DNA from: a virus
DNA length: 64,000 bases
Virus record (IMG/VR): IMGVR_UViG_3300028920_000037
Span: 64,001 to 128,000 of that record
Direction: 5' to 3' (one strand)
The translations under genes and the position numbers were made by a program. This document shows positions 10,546-19,902 of the stretch, in pieces. The notes under the pieces are model-generated. The model worked only from the letters and a program-made list of their open reading frames with translations, was not told the DNA's origin and made no database searches. Numbering within the stretch: the stretch's first letter is position 1; each line of letters begins with the position of its first letter.

Positions 10546-11016
10546 ATGAGCAATCAAAACATTGAGAAGTACGGCACACAGTCCGAGTGTGATGGTGACT
10601 GTGAGAGCTGTGAGAGCTGTGAAAAGGCAGGAAGCATCCTTGCTACATTCGAAAAGGTCGGCCTTGCGCCGATCGGCGCAGCTGCCATATCACCCGTAGA
10701 CCTGTTAGCGTTTCTGAAGCCACCACCACCATCGCGAGGCGACATGCCCAAGCTGTCCAACAATGTTGTCGGCAACGAGCTGATCATCACCGTCGACCTA
10801 CCTGGTGTTGCAAAGGAGACCGTCAGCGTCGAGGTCCCACCGCAGGATCCCGCGGCGCTAAAGATCGGTTGGACTCGCAACAGCGAAGAACACAGGTTTG
10901 GGTACACGTCCGTTTCTCCGGAATATGATGCCACTGCGGCGCGTGCTACGCTTGCGAATGGTGTGTTATCGATCACCATTCCTGCGAAGCCTTCGGTTAC
11001 GATCGAGGTCAAATAG
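10546..11016 (+). CDS. small heat-shock protein (HSP20) with Cys-rich N-terminus
   Basis: VDLPGV, ATLANGVLSITIP. The N-terminus reads ECDGDCESCESCEK. Confidence 0.8.
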   Translation: MSNQNIEKYGTQSECDGDCESCESCEKAGSILATFEKVGLAPIGAAAISPVDLLAFLKPPPPSRGDMPKLSNNVVGNELIITVDLPGVAKETVSVEVPPQDPAALKIGWTRNSEEHRFGYTSVSPEYDATAARATLANGVLSITIPAKPSVTIEVK

Positions 11017-11044
11017 GTATCGTTCAGCGACCGCTGCAGCAAGG

Positions 11045-11067
11045 TGGGTGCCCTCATTGGGCACCCA
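11045..11067 (+). terminator. hairpin, probable terminator
   Basis: Perfect 9-bp stem TGGGTGCCC-tcatt-GGGCACCCA after sHSP-2. Confidence 0.6.
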
Positions 11068-11149
11068 TCGTCGTTTCAAAAAAGTGCGTTTAGGGCCTGT
11101 ACCTTCGACGCTGTAGACTTATCATGTGTTTGCACACAAGGAGGAAACA

Positions 11150-11497
11150 ATGTCTCTAGCTCTCTATCAAGGTGGATTGTCTACACGTTCATTTGATGAC
11201 CTCTTCGACACCTTCTGGAGCGGCGCCGCGGTGTCGCTACCACGCTACACATCACGGGTCGAAGACGATACGTACGTCATTGAAGTCGACCTACCTGGCA
11301 CCAAGAAGGACGACATCGATGCGACTGTGCTGAGTGGAAAAGTTCACGTAAAGGCAAAACGCGGCGGCTCTGACGTTGCGTTTGTCGTCAACATACCGCA
11401 CACATATGACATCGAGACGGTTCAAGCGAGCATGTTGAACGGCGTCCTCACGCTCAAGGCAAAGAAGGTACTTGGTCGAAAGTTGGAAATCACATAG
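11150..11497 (+). CDS. small heat-shock protein (HSP20)
   Basis: FDDLF, VDLPGTKKDDI, ASMLNGVLTL. AAGGAGG RBS. Confidence 0.88.
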   Translation: MSLALYQGGLSTRSFDDLFDTFWSGAAVSLPRYTSRVEDDTYVIEVDLPGTKKDDIDATVLSGKVHVKAKRGGSDVAFVVNIPHTYDIETVQASMLNGVLTLKAKKVLGRKLEIT

Positions 11498-11518
11498 CGT
11501 CAGATCCGTGCAGAACTT

Positions 11519-11544
11519 CGAATGGGCTCATTTGGGCCCCTTCG
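11519..11544 (+). terminator. hairpin, probable terminator
   Basis: CGAA-t-GGGCTC-attt-GGGCCC-c-TTCG after sHSP-3. Confidence 0.45.
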
Positions 11545-11579
11545 TGCATTTGTGATACGCGTGGTGTAGCCTTATACAC

Positions 11580-11888
11580 ATGCACGGCATTCATACATAC
11601 GCCTACAGGTCACCAGCAGTTATAGATGATGATCCTGAAGATAGGTGGACGTTTGCACGTTTCATGCGCATTGTGCATAGAAGGTCAAGGTTTCGACGTC
11701 TTTGTCGATCATTGTTGATCGTTTTGTACGGTACGTGGAAAAGCAGGTTTTACAGGTGCACGTGTGACGAATGTTACGAAAAAAGCGATAACAAAGAGGT
11801 ACATCACAAGATGAGGTGCCCTGCATTGCGTTGTCAATCGGGAGCGCGGGTCCCGGTCCATGAAGGACGGTCCAAGAATGAAATTTGA
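11580..11888 (+). CDS. hypothetical protein
   Basis: ORF directly after GTGCAT-N17-TAGCCT promoter. Confidence 0.5.
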   Translation: MHGIHTYAYRSPAVIDDDPEDRWTFARFMRIVHRRSRFRRLCRSLLIVLYGTWKSRFYRCTCDECYEKSDNKEVHHKMRCPALRCQSGARVPVHEGRSKNEI

Positions 11889-12870
11889 TATCGAGTCACG
11901 TACGATCTACCTCGCTCGGCACGGGTCTCACGCGTACGGGACAAACCTACCTACAAGCGACATTGACGTGAAGGGGATCTGTATCCCACCCCTTGCTGTG
12001 CACTTTGGGTTCCTGCATACGTTCGAGCAGTACGAACGTATGGGAAACAACGAGGGCGGCAACCTACACAGGCTTCGTGGGCTTGTGAGCAGCGACTGCG
12101 ACCTTGTCATCTACTCGTTGAAGAAGTTTGCAAAGCTTGCTGCCGACTGCAACCCGAACATCATCGAGGTGCTGTTCTGTAGTGACGAGGACGTCCTCGA
12201 AGCGACTCCAGAAGGAGAATACCTCAGAAGCATCCGTGAACGCTTCTTGTCAAAGAAGGCAAAGCATACGTTCTCCGGATACGCCCACGCCCAGTTGAAG
12301 CGCATCAAGACGCATAGGGGGTGGCTGCTCAACCCTCCGATGGAGCCATCTCGAGGAGCGTTTGGCCTCAGCGAGAAGCGAGAGGTCTCGAAGTCTGACC
12401 TAGGCGCGTACAACGCTGTCGTGGAGCGAGGCGACGAGCTCAACCTCCCGCCGAATATCGTTGAGCTACTAAAGGCGGAGAACGCATACGCCCAGGCACA
12501 ACGAACGTGGCAGCAGTACCTCGACTGGCAGACGAACAGGAACAGTGCTCGCCACGAGCTAGAAGCCCAGTTTGGGTATGATACGAAGCACGCGATGCAC
12601 CTCATCAGGCTCATGCGGATGTGCAGGGAAATCCTGCTAGGAAAGGGTGTTATCGTCAAGCGTCCTGATGCCGAGGAGTTGCTCGAGATCCGCGCCGGAC
12701 GACGCTCGTACGAAGACGTTGTCGCAGAGGCAGAGAGCCTTAACGCTGAGTGCGACGAGCTCTACAAGACAACGTCCTACCTACCACATAAGCCTGATGT
12801 CGCCGCCCTCGACGCCCAAGTCGTTGAAATGACGCTCAAGTATCACTTTCGAAAGGATTTTTCGCTTTGA
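11878..12870 (+). CDS. predicted nucleotidyltransferase (YcgL/RlaP-like, Pol-beta superfamily)
   Basis: HGSHAYGTNLPTSDIDVKGI, NPNIIE, YDTKHAMHLIRL. Confidence 0.85.
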   Translation: MKFDIESRTIYLARHGSHAYGTNLPTSDIDVKGICIPPLAVHFGFLHTFEQYERMGNNEGGNLHRLRGLVSSDCDLVIYSLKKFAKLAADCNPNIIEVLFCSDEDVLEATPEGEYLRSIRERFLSKKAKHTFSGYAHAQLKRIKTHRGWLLNPPMEPSRGAFGLSEKREVSKSDLGAYNAVVERGDELNLPPNIVELLKAENAYAQAQRTWQQYLDWQTNRNSARHELEAQFGYDTKHAMHLIRLMRMCREILLGKGVIVKRPDAEELLEIRAGRRSYEDVVAEAESLNAECDELYKTTSYLPHKPDVAALDAQVVEMTLKYHFRKDFSL

Positions 12871-12895
12871 CCACTAAACCGAAGCACCAGACTAT

Positions 12896-13159
12896 GTGTG
12901 GGAACACGACTGCTCAACGTCGATGACGCAGTCGCCAGAACCCATGCTGATGAAGGACGGCAAACCGTTCGAAGCGGTGAACGAGCTTCTGTGTGTCATC
13001 GAAGCAGCATCCGGTGAGGAAGCGTCTGCAATCTTCAACCTTCGCATGGGCTTCGGAGCGTACCATCCGATGGGCGAATCGCAGGAGTGTCCAAGGTGTG
13101 GAGCTTGGTTCTATCCGAGTGGTTCTGGACAGTGTTGGAGCTGCGGGCACTCGCAGTGA
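12896..13159 (+). CDS. small zinc-ribbon protein
   Basis: CPRCG...CWSCG. Confidence 0.5.
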   Translation: MWEHDCSTSMTQSPEPMLMKDGKPFEAVNELLCVIEAASGEEASAIFNLRMGFGAYHPMGESQECPRCGAWFYPSGSGQCWSCGHSQ

Positions 13160-13198
13160 TCGTTTAACACGATGCATCTGCGTCTGCTATTTAGATGC

Positions 13199-14191
13199 AT
13201 GGACAACGTTGTCGACCCAGGAGCTCAGAGGATCCTCCGGCCGTTCATGCGCTACATCAGGACGGGAAACGTACCTCAGGAGTTCGATCACAATAGCAAG
13301 TTTCGTGCGCTCGCTCAGGCGCTTCGTGACTCTGGACGCTGGGAAGGCTACAAGGACGAATATTCTTCGCTGTATAATGCGTGGATCAAGCAGGATGTTA
13401 CTGCGAACATGAATGATTACAAGGAACTCGAGAAGGCGGCGATGCACGACATTGAGGATCTGCAGCTCAAGCAGCGCTTTGCTGTACGGCGCTTTGTGAA
13501 CACGGCGCTGTACAAGGGTCTTGGCTCTGATGCGAATCCGGTGCTCGCAGCTGCGTGGGCCGCGACAGACTTCAACATGGGCAATAGGAACGAGCTTGAG
13601 AATTCTGTCGACGCGAGGTTGCTTACGTGGTTGAAGGACAACGCATACGACCTCGCTGAGCTCGCCGAAGAGTTCGGTCGTCAGGTGAATACGCTCATCT
13701 CGAGGTACGAAAACACGCCATCGGCGCAGTCGAACGGTGGGCTACGTCGGGCGATTGAACTCGCGAACGACTATCGCCATGCGAAGAACGTCTTTTACGA
13801 TCTTACCCAGGGAATGATTCGTTCGGCGCGATCGTTTACACCCGATCGCGCTCGCGACATGGCCGCAGAGTTCTGGTCGTCTGCGGCCAGCGAGAGCGAT
13901 CCAGGAAACGATACGAGGATCATGGCAGTGATTGAACCGTTACTTCCACAGAGCACGTCAGCATTATCCGACCTCATCTCGTTTCTTGAGGATGCGTACA
14001 ACCAGGTAGTAAACATCTTGTATTTCGGAAACGATACGTCAGATGTCCTGCAAAAGCCAGAATCGTTGCTCGTCGCGTACCTCCTTGACAGAAACAAGGA
14101 CGAGCTCGTGCAGCGCTGGCAGCAATTTTTACCGATTGATGACCTTGAAACGATTGCAAACGCGTTCGGTGACACCGTCATGAATGCCTAG
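13199..14191 (+). CDS. hypothetical protein
   Basis: Long ORF. TATTTA (13188-13193) lies upstream of ATG 13199. Confidence 0.7.
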   Translation: MDNVVDPGAQRILRPFMRYIRTGNVPQEFDHNSKFRALAQALRDSGRWEGYKDEYSSLYNAWIKQDVTANMNDYKELEKAAMHDIEDLQLKQRFAVRRFVNTALYKGLGSDANPVLAAAWAATDFNMGNRNELENSVDARLLTWLKDNAYDLAELAEEFGRQVNTLISRYENTPSAQSNGGLRRAIELANDYRHAKNVFYDLTQGMIRSARSFTPDRARDMAAEFWSSAASESDPGNDTRIMAVIEPLLPQSTSALSDLISFLEDAYNQVVNILYFGNDTSDVLQKPESLLVAYLLDRNKDELVQRWQQFLPIDDLETIANAFGDTVMNA

Positions 14192-14429
14192 TGCACTTCC
14201 GTTCGTCGAGCCATACTATTGGTTGAACATCCACGGTTGGAAGGATAAGATGAGCAAAGAGAAGAATACTACGCAACGTCCTGTAAGCGATCTACGGCTG
14301 CAAAGTACCTCGCATTTCTTGAAAATGCTCCGCCAGTCGAACCTTGCGTTCTATGCGGAGCATGGAGAGGATCCTGAGGCACGTCGCAAGGCACAGAAGA
14401 TCCTTGCAGGTGAACGTCTTTAAGACGCT

Positions 14430-15371
14430 ATGAGAACTAAAACGATTCTCTTGCTTGTCGGACTTCCGGCGAGTGGCAAGTCAACATACGCTTTCGACCT
14501 GATGAAGAGGGAACGCAGGTGGAAGCGTGTTTCACGCGACGATATCAGGTTGATGCTCGATGGAGTCGAGTTCGATCCAAAGAACGAGTCATTCGTCACG
14601 AAGATTGAGGATGCCTCCGTCGAGGCGGTACTTCGTGCTGGATACGATGTTATCATCGATGCAACACATTTGAATGTGCAGTCGCGGAACAAGTGGTTGC
14701 AGTTCGCGGCGCACTTTGGTGACGTTAAGATCATTTCGAAGAACTTTGATATCAGTCTGGAAGATGCGCTGCGAAGGAACGATCTACGCAACCAAGCAGG
14801 TGCACAAAATGTTTCACCCGATGTCATTGAAAGGATGTACGATAGGTACGTCAAGAAAAACGGCCTTCCAAAGGAACTCGATGAATACTTCCCGAGTCCA
14901 GCATTCGTGCAGGCAGAGGTAGATGAATCGCTTCCTTATTGCGTCGTGTGCGACCTTGACGGGACGCTTGCGGACAACTCATGGAGGAACGTTTACGAGG
15001 CTACCGATTGTGAGCGTGATCCAGTGATCAGATATGTTAAGGATGTGCTTTTTGCCGTACATGAAAAGTTCGGCGATTCAATCATATTTGTAACAGGTCG
15101 TGAGGAACAGTTTCGTGAAGGAACAGAAGAGTTCCTTACAAATGCTGGATTTATGTGGACCAGTAGTGACAGATCTATGCGGGCAAACGAGCTTCATATG
15201 CGCTCCAACACAGATAAGCGCAAGGACTACGTTGTTAAAAAAGAAATTATCACTGAATTTCGCAAGAGGTTTAATATCAGGTTCTGCCTCGAGGACAGGC
15301 CACGAAACTGTCGCATGATGCGGTACGAACTCGGCCTTCCGGTCCTCCAGGTTGCAGATGTGGAGTTCTGA
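14430..15371 (+). CDS. pseT: polynucleotide 5'-kinase/3'-phosphatase (T4 PseT-like)
   Basis: GLPASGKST, SRDDIR, IIDAT kinase domain, followed by a DLDGTL...VTGR...EDR HAD domain. Confidence 0.9.
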   Translation: MRTKTILLLVGLPASGKSTYAFDLMKRERRWKRVSRDDIRLMLDGVEFDPKNESFVTKIEDASVEAVLRAGYDVIIDATHLNVQSRNKWLQFAAHFGDVKIISKNFDISLEDALRRNDLRNQAGAQNVSPDVIERMYDRYVKKNGLPKELDEYFPSPAFVQAEVDESLPYCVVCDLDGTLADNSWRNVYEATDCERDPVIRYVKDVLFAVHEKFGDSIIFVTGREEQFREGTEEFLTNAGFMWTSSDRSMRANELHMRSNTDKRKDYVVKKEIITEFRKRFNIRFCLEDRPRNCRMMRYELGLPVLQVADVEF

Positions 15372-15605
15372 TGCACGAAACAGTGAAGCAGATCATCCTT
15401 AAAAGGTCATCGACACAGTATCTACTCGCCCTGAAGGTTCGTGCAAACAGGAACGGAGGCGAAGCCGTAGAATGCGGTGGGATTGTCATCTCAGTCGAAG
15501 AACTCAAGAAGGAGCTCGCTCTGAGGCCTCACATTCCAAATAAGGCGGAATCTCCGAGCGGCAGACGTCTGCCGCTCGGAGATCAAAGGAAAGAAAGAAG
15601 CGTCG

Positions 15606-15842
15606 ATGAACATTATTGAACGTGCCGTTGCAGGTGAGTTCGACGGGAAGCCCATTGACGAGCTCCTTGAGGCCATAGACGATGAGATTGACAAATGGCA
15701 CTCGCCTGAACACGATGACGATGATTCTAAACTTCATGAGTTCCTTGGCATGTCGTGGGAAGAGTACAAGTTCTTTGTAGAAAAGCCAACATACTTCATG
15801 AGTTCCTTGGTATGTCGTGGGAAGAGTACGGGTTCTTTGTAG
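15606..15842 (+). CDS. hypothetical protein with C-terminus altered by a tandem duplication
   Basis: IDKWH...LHEFLGMSWEEY motif. The 62-bp duplication changes frame. Confidence 0.6.
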   Translation: MNIIERAVAGEFDGKPIDELLEAIDDEIDKWHSPEHDDDDSKLHEFLGMSWEEYKFFVEKPTYFMSSLVCRGKSTGSL

Positions 15843-15854
15843 AAAAGCCAACAT
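15731..15854 (+). repeat. 62-bp tandem duplication (2 copies, 3 mismatches)
   Basis: acttcatgagttccttgg(c/t)atgtcgtgggaagagtac(aa/gg)gttctttgtagaaaagccaacat at 15731 and 15793. Confidence 0.95.
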
Positions 15855-15870
15855 CTAAAGAGGTTCAGCA

Positions 15871-16185
15871 ATGATTGAAAGCGACTTCTACGAACAGAGT
15901 GTCAAGAACAAGGAAAAGTTCCCACAGAATGCAATGTACATCGCCCTTGTTTTTAAGCAGGGATCTCAACACGTTCCAGCGTATGATCGCCACGATCCTC
16001 CTGAAGGCACGTACTGTCCAACGGAAGAGTGCGACGCGTATGTCTTTGGAGACAAGGAAACGCTCGACATGTTTGCCATGCGAGCGATGCACCTCAACAT
16101 GAAGTACGTCATGTTTGAGCTAGGAAGCCAGCTTACAACGCATGTTACAGTCGACGTCAAACCGAAGATGGAGCCTACGCGATGA
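15871..16185 (+). CDS. hypothetical protein
   Basis: ORF with GAGG RBS and ATGA overlap with the next gene. Confidence 0.6.
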   Translation: MIESDFYEQSVKNKEKFPQNAMYIALVFKQGSQHVPAYDRHDPPEGTYCPTEECDAYVFGDKETLDMFAMRAMHLNMKYVMFELGSQLTTHVTVDVKPKMEPTR

Positions 16186-16982
16186 TTGTTAAGTACCCGC
16201 GGACGCAACACGTCAGGGGCTCGCACCTTCAATACGGTGATGAGGACCTCGATGCGGTGTCGTTCGATGATCTGCGAGGCAAGCACCTCGTTGTCGAAGA
16301 AAAGATCGATGGAACAAACTCTGGAATCTCGTTCGAATCAGGACGACTCATGCTCCAGTCACGAGACCACTACCTACGTGGAGGCCCACGTGAAAAGCAG
16401 TTCGATCTTCTGAAGCAGTGGTCTAGCATGTGGCGGCAGGACCTGAACGACATCCTCGACGAGCGCTACGTGATGTACGGAGAGTGGATGTTCGCGAAGC
16501 ACACATGTTTTTACGACATGCTTCCACACTACTTCATGGAGTTCGACGTTTGGGACAAGGAACGAGGCTTCTTTCTTGATACATCTTCTCGATACGCGCT
16601 GTTGCGTAGCAGGAATCACGGTGTAAACATCGAACCTGTTCTTGTTGTCGCTGAAGGAATGTTCGGTTCGCTCGACGCCCTGAAGGAGCTGGTGTGTGAT
16701 TCACACTTCAAGTCTCGGCAGTGGCGTGCTGACCTAACAAGGCAAGCGTTGCTCGCTGATGTCGATCCTGATGTTGCCAAATTTCACACCGACATGAGTG
16801 ACCTGATGGAAGGTCTCTACGTCAAGTGGGAAGAGGACGGCATCGTCAAGGGACGCTACAAGTTCGTACGTGAATCGTTTACGAACCACGTCCTCAGTCA
16901 GGACCAACACTGGCACGACAGGCCAATCATACAAAATTCGCTGCGTCCAGGTGCCTTTAACGCGATGTTTGGTACAATGTAG
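16182..16982 (+). CDS. RNA ligase family (Rnl2-like nucleotidyltransferase domain)
   Basis: KYPRT.H, EEKIDGTN (motif I), YGEW (III), FDV (IIIa), EGLYVK (IV), RYKFV (V). Confidence 0.85.
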   Translation: MIVKYPRTQHVRGSHLQYGDEDLDAVSFDDLRGKHLVVEEKIDGTNSGISFESGRLMLQSRDHYLRGGPREKQFDLLKQWSSMWRQDLNDILDERYVMYGEWMFAKHTCFYDMLPHYFMEFDVWDKERGFFLDTSSRYALLRSRNHGVNIEPVLVVAEGMFGSLDALKELVCDSHFKSRQWRADLTRQALLADVDPDVAKFHTDMSDLMEGLYVKWEEDGIVKGRYKFVRESFTNHVLSQDQHWHDRPIIQNSLRPGAFNAMFGTM

Positions 16983-16984
16983 CA

Positions 16985-17815
16985 ATGGCACGTTACGCTT
17001 GGGCAACAGACGTACATCTAGATCACCTGAGAGACTCGTCTCAGGTGATTGCATTTGCAGAGATGATCGTCGCAACGAACTGCGACGGGGTCATCATCTC
17101 AGGGGACATCTCGATCGCGAAGCATGTGACGTATCACCTTGCGGCGATCGAAAAGGTTCTTCAGAGGCCGATCTACTTCGTTCTTGGGAACCATGACTAC
17201 TATGGCGGGACGATCGAGGCAGTTCGCAAGGAGATGAGCAACCTTGCGAGGATCTCACCGTTCCTCAAGTACCTCCCATTGCAGAGCTACCACATGCTCA
17301 ACAGCTCGACGGCGATCGTCGGTCATGATTGTTGGTACGACGGGATCCTCGGCAACCCGCAGGGATCGAAGTTTCATCTGACCGATTGGAGCGCCATCAG
17401 TGATTACAGGAACGACTACATGAATCCTCGAAAGTCCGAGGAAGAGAAGCGCAACCTGATCATCGGAACATCGAGGGACCTTGCGACCGAAGGCGTCATA
17501 CACATCCAGAAGGGCATCAAGGACGCGTTCAGGTACGCTCGTAGGGTGATCGTCGTCAGCCACGTCCCGCCGTATGCTGAATCACACATCTACGAAGGCA
17601 AGATCGGCAACGACGATGCGATGCCGTGGTTCACATGCAAGCTGTTGGGCGACATGCTGTCTGATGCATCGAAGGCATTCCCAGACAGGAAGATTGTTTC
17701 GCTCTCGGGTCACACACATGGCCAGTACCAAGGCAAGAAGACAGACAACCTCGACGTCCTTGTTGGTGGTGCTAGGTACGGAAATCCAATGATCGAAACA
17801 ATCATTGATATCTGA
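16985..17815 (+). CDS. calcineurin-like metallophosphoesterase
   Basis: TDVH, SGDI, LGNHD, SHVPP, SGHTH. Confidence 0.9.
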   Translation: MARYAWATDVHLDHLRDSSQVIAFAEMIVATNCDGVIISGDISIAKHVTYHLAAIEKVLQRPIYFVLGNHDYYGGTIEAVRKEMSNLARISPFLKYLPLQSYHMLNSSTAIVGHDCWYDGILGNPQGSKFHLTDWSAISDYRNDYMNPRKSEEEKRNLIIGTSRDLATEGVIHIQKGIKDAFRYARRVIVVSHVPPYAESHIYEGKIGNDDAMPWFTCKLLGDMLSDASKAFPDRKIVSLSGHTHGQYQGKKTDNLDVLVGGARYGNPMIETIIDI

Positions 17816-18594
17816 TGACTGACGAGATTATCAGCGTCGATGGAGGCTGGCTTATCAAAGCAGATGCGGCGGTCCAACAGACCGTCTGGGACGTGCTCGA
17901 CCTCGTCGGTCAGAATAGGTGGATGATCTACACAGATCCTCCTTACGGCAGCATCGTCAAGGAGGGCTGGGACGTCAAACTTCAGGGTGAGGAACACGGT
18001 GAGTGGATGCTCAACTGGACGAACATGTGGGCGCACCACCTCAATGAAGGAGCTGCGTTCTACGTTTGGGGAGGCGTGGGAAAGCACTTGAATAGGTCGT
18101 TCTTCTACTACGCTGCGAAGGTCGAGCACCGCACACAGCTCAAGATCCAGAACGTGATCACCTGGAAGAAGCGTCGAGGCATAGGGACGGCCTACAATTA
18201 TCTCTTCACGCGTGAGGAGTTGCTCTTTATGCTCAAGGAAGGCAAAAACGTGCAGCCTCTCGTGTTCAACGTGCCACTGCTAGATGAGCTCCGCGGCTAT
18301 GCGGGTTACAACAACAAGTACCCAGCCAAGAGCCCGTACAAGAGGCGATCGAACGTTTGGACAGACGTCACCGAAATCCTTCGTGGTAAGAAACACCCTG
18401 CACAGAAACCCGTTCGTCTCGCGGAGATCGCGATCGAGACATCATCCCATAGGAAGGACGTCGTTGTTGACCTTTTCGCTGGTTCGGGTTCTACGGGTGT
18501 CGCCGCTCACCGCTTAGGTCGCGATTTCGTCCTTGTAGAGAACGATGACGCTACGTTTGAAGAACTCAAGCGAACCTTCTCTTGTAAAGCGTAA
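17815..18594 (+). CDS. DNA amino-methyltransferase (N4-C/N6-A, beta class)
   Basis: TDPPY precedes HPAQKP and DLFAGSGSTG. Confidence 0.88.
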   Translation: MTDEIISVDGGWLIKADAAVQQTVWDVLDLVGQNRWMIYTDPPYGSIVKEGWDVKLQGEEHGEWMLNWTNMWAHHLNEGAAFYVWGGVGKHLNRSFFYYAAKVEHRTQLKIQNVITWKKRRGIGTAYNYLFTREELLFMLKEGKNVQPLVFNVPLLDELRGYAGYNNKYPAKSPYKRRSNVWTDVTEILRGKKHPAQKPVRLAEIAIETSSHRKDVVVDLFAGSGSTGVAAHRLGRDFVLVENDDATFEELKRTFSCKA

Positions 18595-18616
18595 TGCGGT
18601 GTATTAGGGTGTATCT

Positions 18617-18901
18617 ATGACGCCCGAACAGCACAAAGAGCGCGAGAATCAACAGGCACGCCTCAAGTGGCTCGAGGAGAACCTCGCTCAATCCATCAAG
18701 GAGGAAGGCTTTGCACGTAGCCGCAAGGAACGCCAAGAAAAGCTCATGCTAAGGGTTGGTTACGCAAAGAAACCAAAACATAAGCAGGAACAGATCAGGC
18801 GTAGGCACTATAATGCAACCGTTCAAGAATCCCAGTTGTCTGAAGTTGCCCAGCTCCTTGGTTCAGAGATCGGAGGCCTCCGTCGAGAAATCGAAGGCTG
18901 A
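18617..18901 (+). CDS. hypothetical coiled-coil protein
   Basis: ORF begins 7 nt after TTGTAA-N17-TAGGGT. Confidence 0.55.
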   Translation: MTPEQHKERENQQARLKWLEENLAQSIKEEGFARSRKERQEKLMLRVGYAKKPKHKQEQIRRRHYNATVQESQLSEVAQLLGSEIGGLRREIEG

Positions 18902-19820
18902 GGATGACATCATAAAGGTCGAGTTTGACCTCCTCGAACCCCTGCGTGACGCGCCCAAGTGGGGAGTCGTCACAGAGATCATCGAGTCCGCAGCTCCGTA
19001 CGGAGGGTTCCTTGCGGGAGGTTTTGCTTCGCAGCTGGCAAGGATAGCACTCGCACCAAATCGTCCTCGTCGGGCGCACCTCAAGGATCTCGAATCAACG
19101 TACATTGATGTTGAAAAGGCATTTGGTCCTTCTGACATCGATATGTTTTTCGACGATAACGAATCTCTTGAGTGTTTTGTTTACACAAAACCGTTCACAC
19201 GACCGAACAAGATCAACATTGTTGAAAGTTCGGGTGGAGAAGCGTACGAGTTCAAGGTCAAGGTCGGAAATGATCGTAATTCACCTCTATACGTACGTTT
19301 CCAGCTGATCAAGCGTTGGCTTGGTACACCAAAGCACGTTGTGGGTGACTTTGACCTTGTGAACGCGATGGTTGGGTACAGGCGTCTCAAGAACACCCAC
19401 ACGACGTTTGTTCACAAGGACTGGAAGAGGTATGAAGACGCTCGTCAGGTCCATGTTCTGAACTGGAACAGCCCGATGGTCATCAAGCGCGTCGTGAAGT
19501 ACGTCAAACGCAAGGGTTACAGCGGGCTTTCGCAGGAGACCGCCGACCAGCTCAGTGCGGCATCGATGGAATTCATTAACGGGATACGTTCTGGAAAGTA
19601 TTCGTTCGAGTTCTGTCCGACTGAATCGAGCTTTGCATCGAACCTGTCGACGCTCATGCCATACCTTTCGATCGATCAATTACTAACGTTGTCGATGATC
19701 AATGTGAAGTTTGATGAGTACGAACGTGACAAGACGTTCCACGAGCGCGTAATGCGGACGATCGTCGATAGACATGCGCGCGAGCTCGAGGAGCGACACG
19801 CTGCAGCAATCTCTGTGTGA
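18756..19820 (+). CDS. nucleotidyltransferase-like protein (CCA/polyA-polymerase head-like), start uncertain
   Basis: GGFLAGG...SDIDMFF...FQLI...FDL..AM motifs. Confidence 0.6.
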   Translation: MVTQRNQNISRNRSGVGTIMQPFKNPSCLKLPSSLVQRSEASVEKSKAEDDIIKVEFDLLEPLRDAPKWGVVTEIIESAAPYGGFLAGGFASQLARIALAPNRPRRAHLKDLESTYIDVEKAFGPSDIDMFFDDNESLECFVYTKPFTRPNKINIVESSGGEAYEFKVKVGNDRNSPLYVRFQLIKRWLGTPKHVVGDFDLVNAMVGYRRLKNTHTTFVHKDWKRYEDARQVHVLNWNSPMVIKRVVKYVKRKGYSGLSQETADQLSAASMEFINGIRSGKYSFEFCPTESSFASNLSTLMPYLSIDQLLTLSMINVKFDEYERDKTFHERVMRTIVDRHARELEERHAAAISV

Positions 19821-19902
19821 ACAAGCTCGTTGTGTGTTGTAGATATCGATAGGGTGCGCCACACACCCGTCGTTGCTGCTTTGCAACGAAAAGGAGAGAA
19901 CC

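Noticed and set aside
15731-15854. DGR template/variable repeat pair or CRISPR repeat
   Set aside because: Only two directly adjacent copies, one mismatch is C/T, there are no spacers, and there is no reverse transcriptase in the window.
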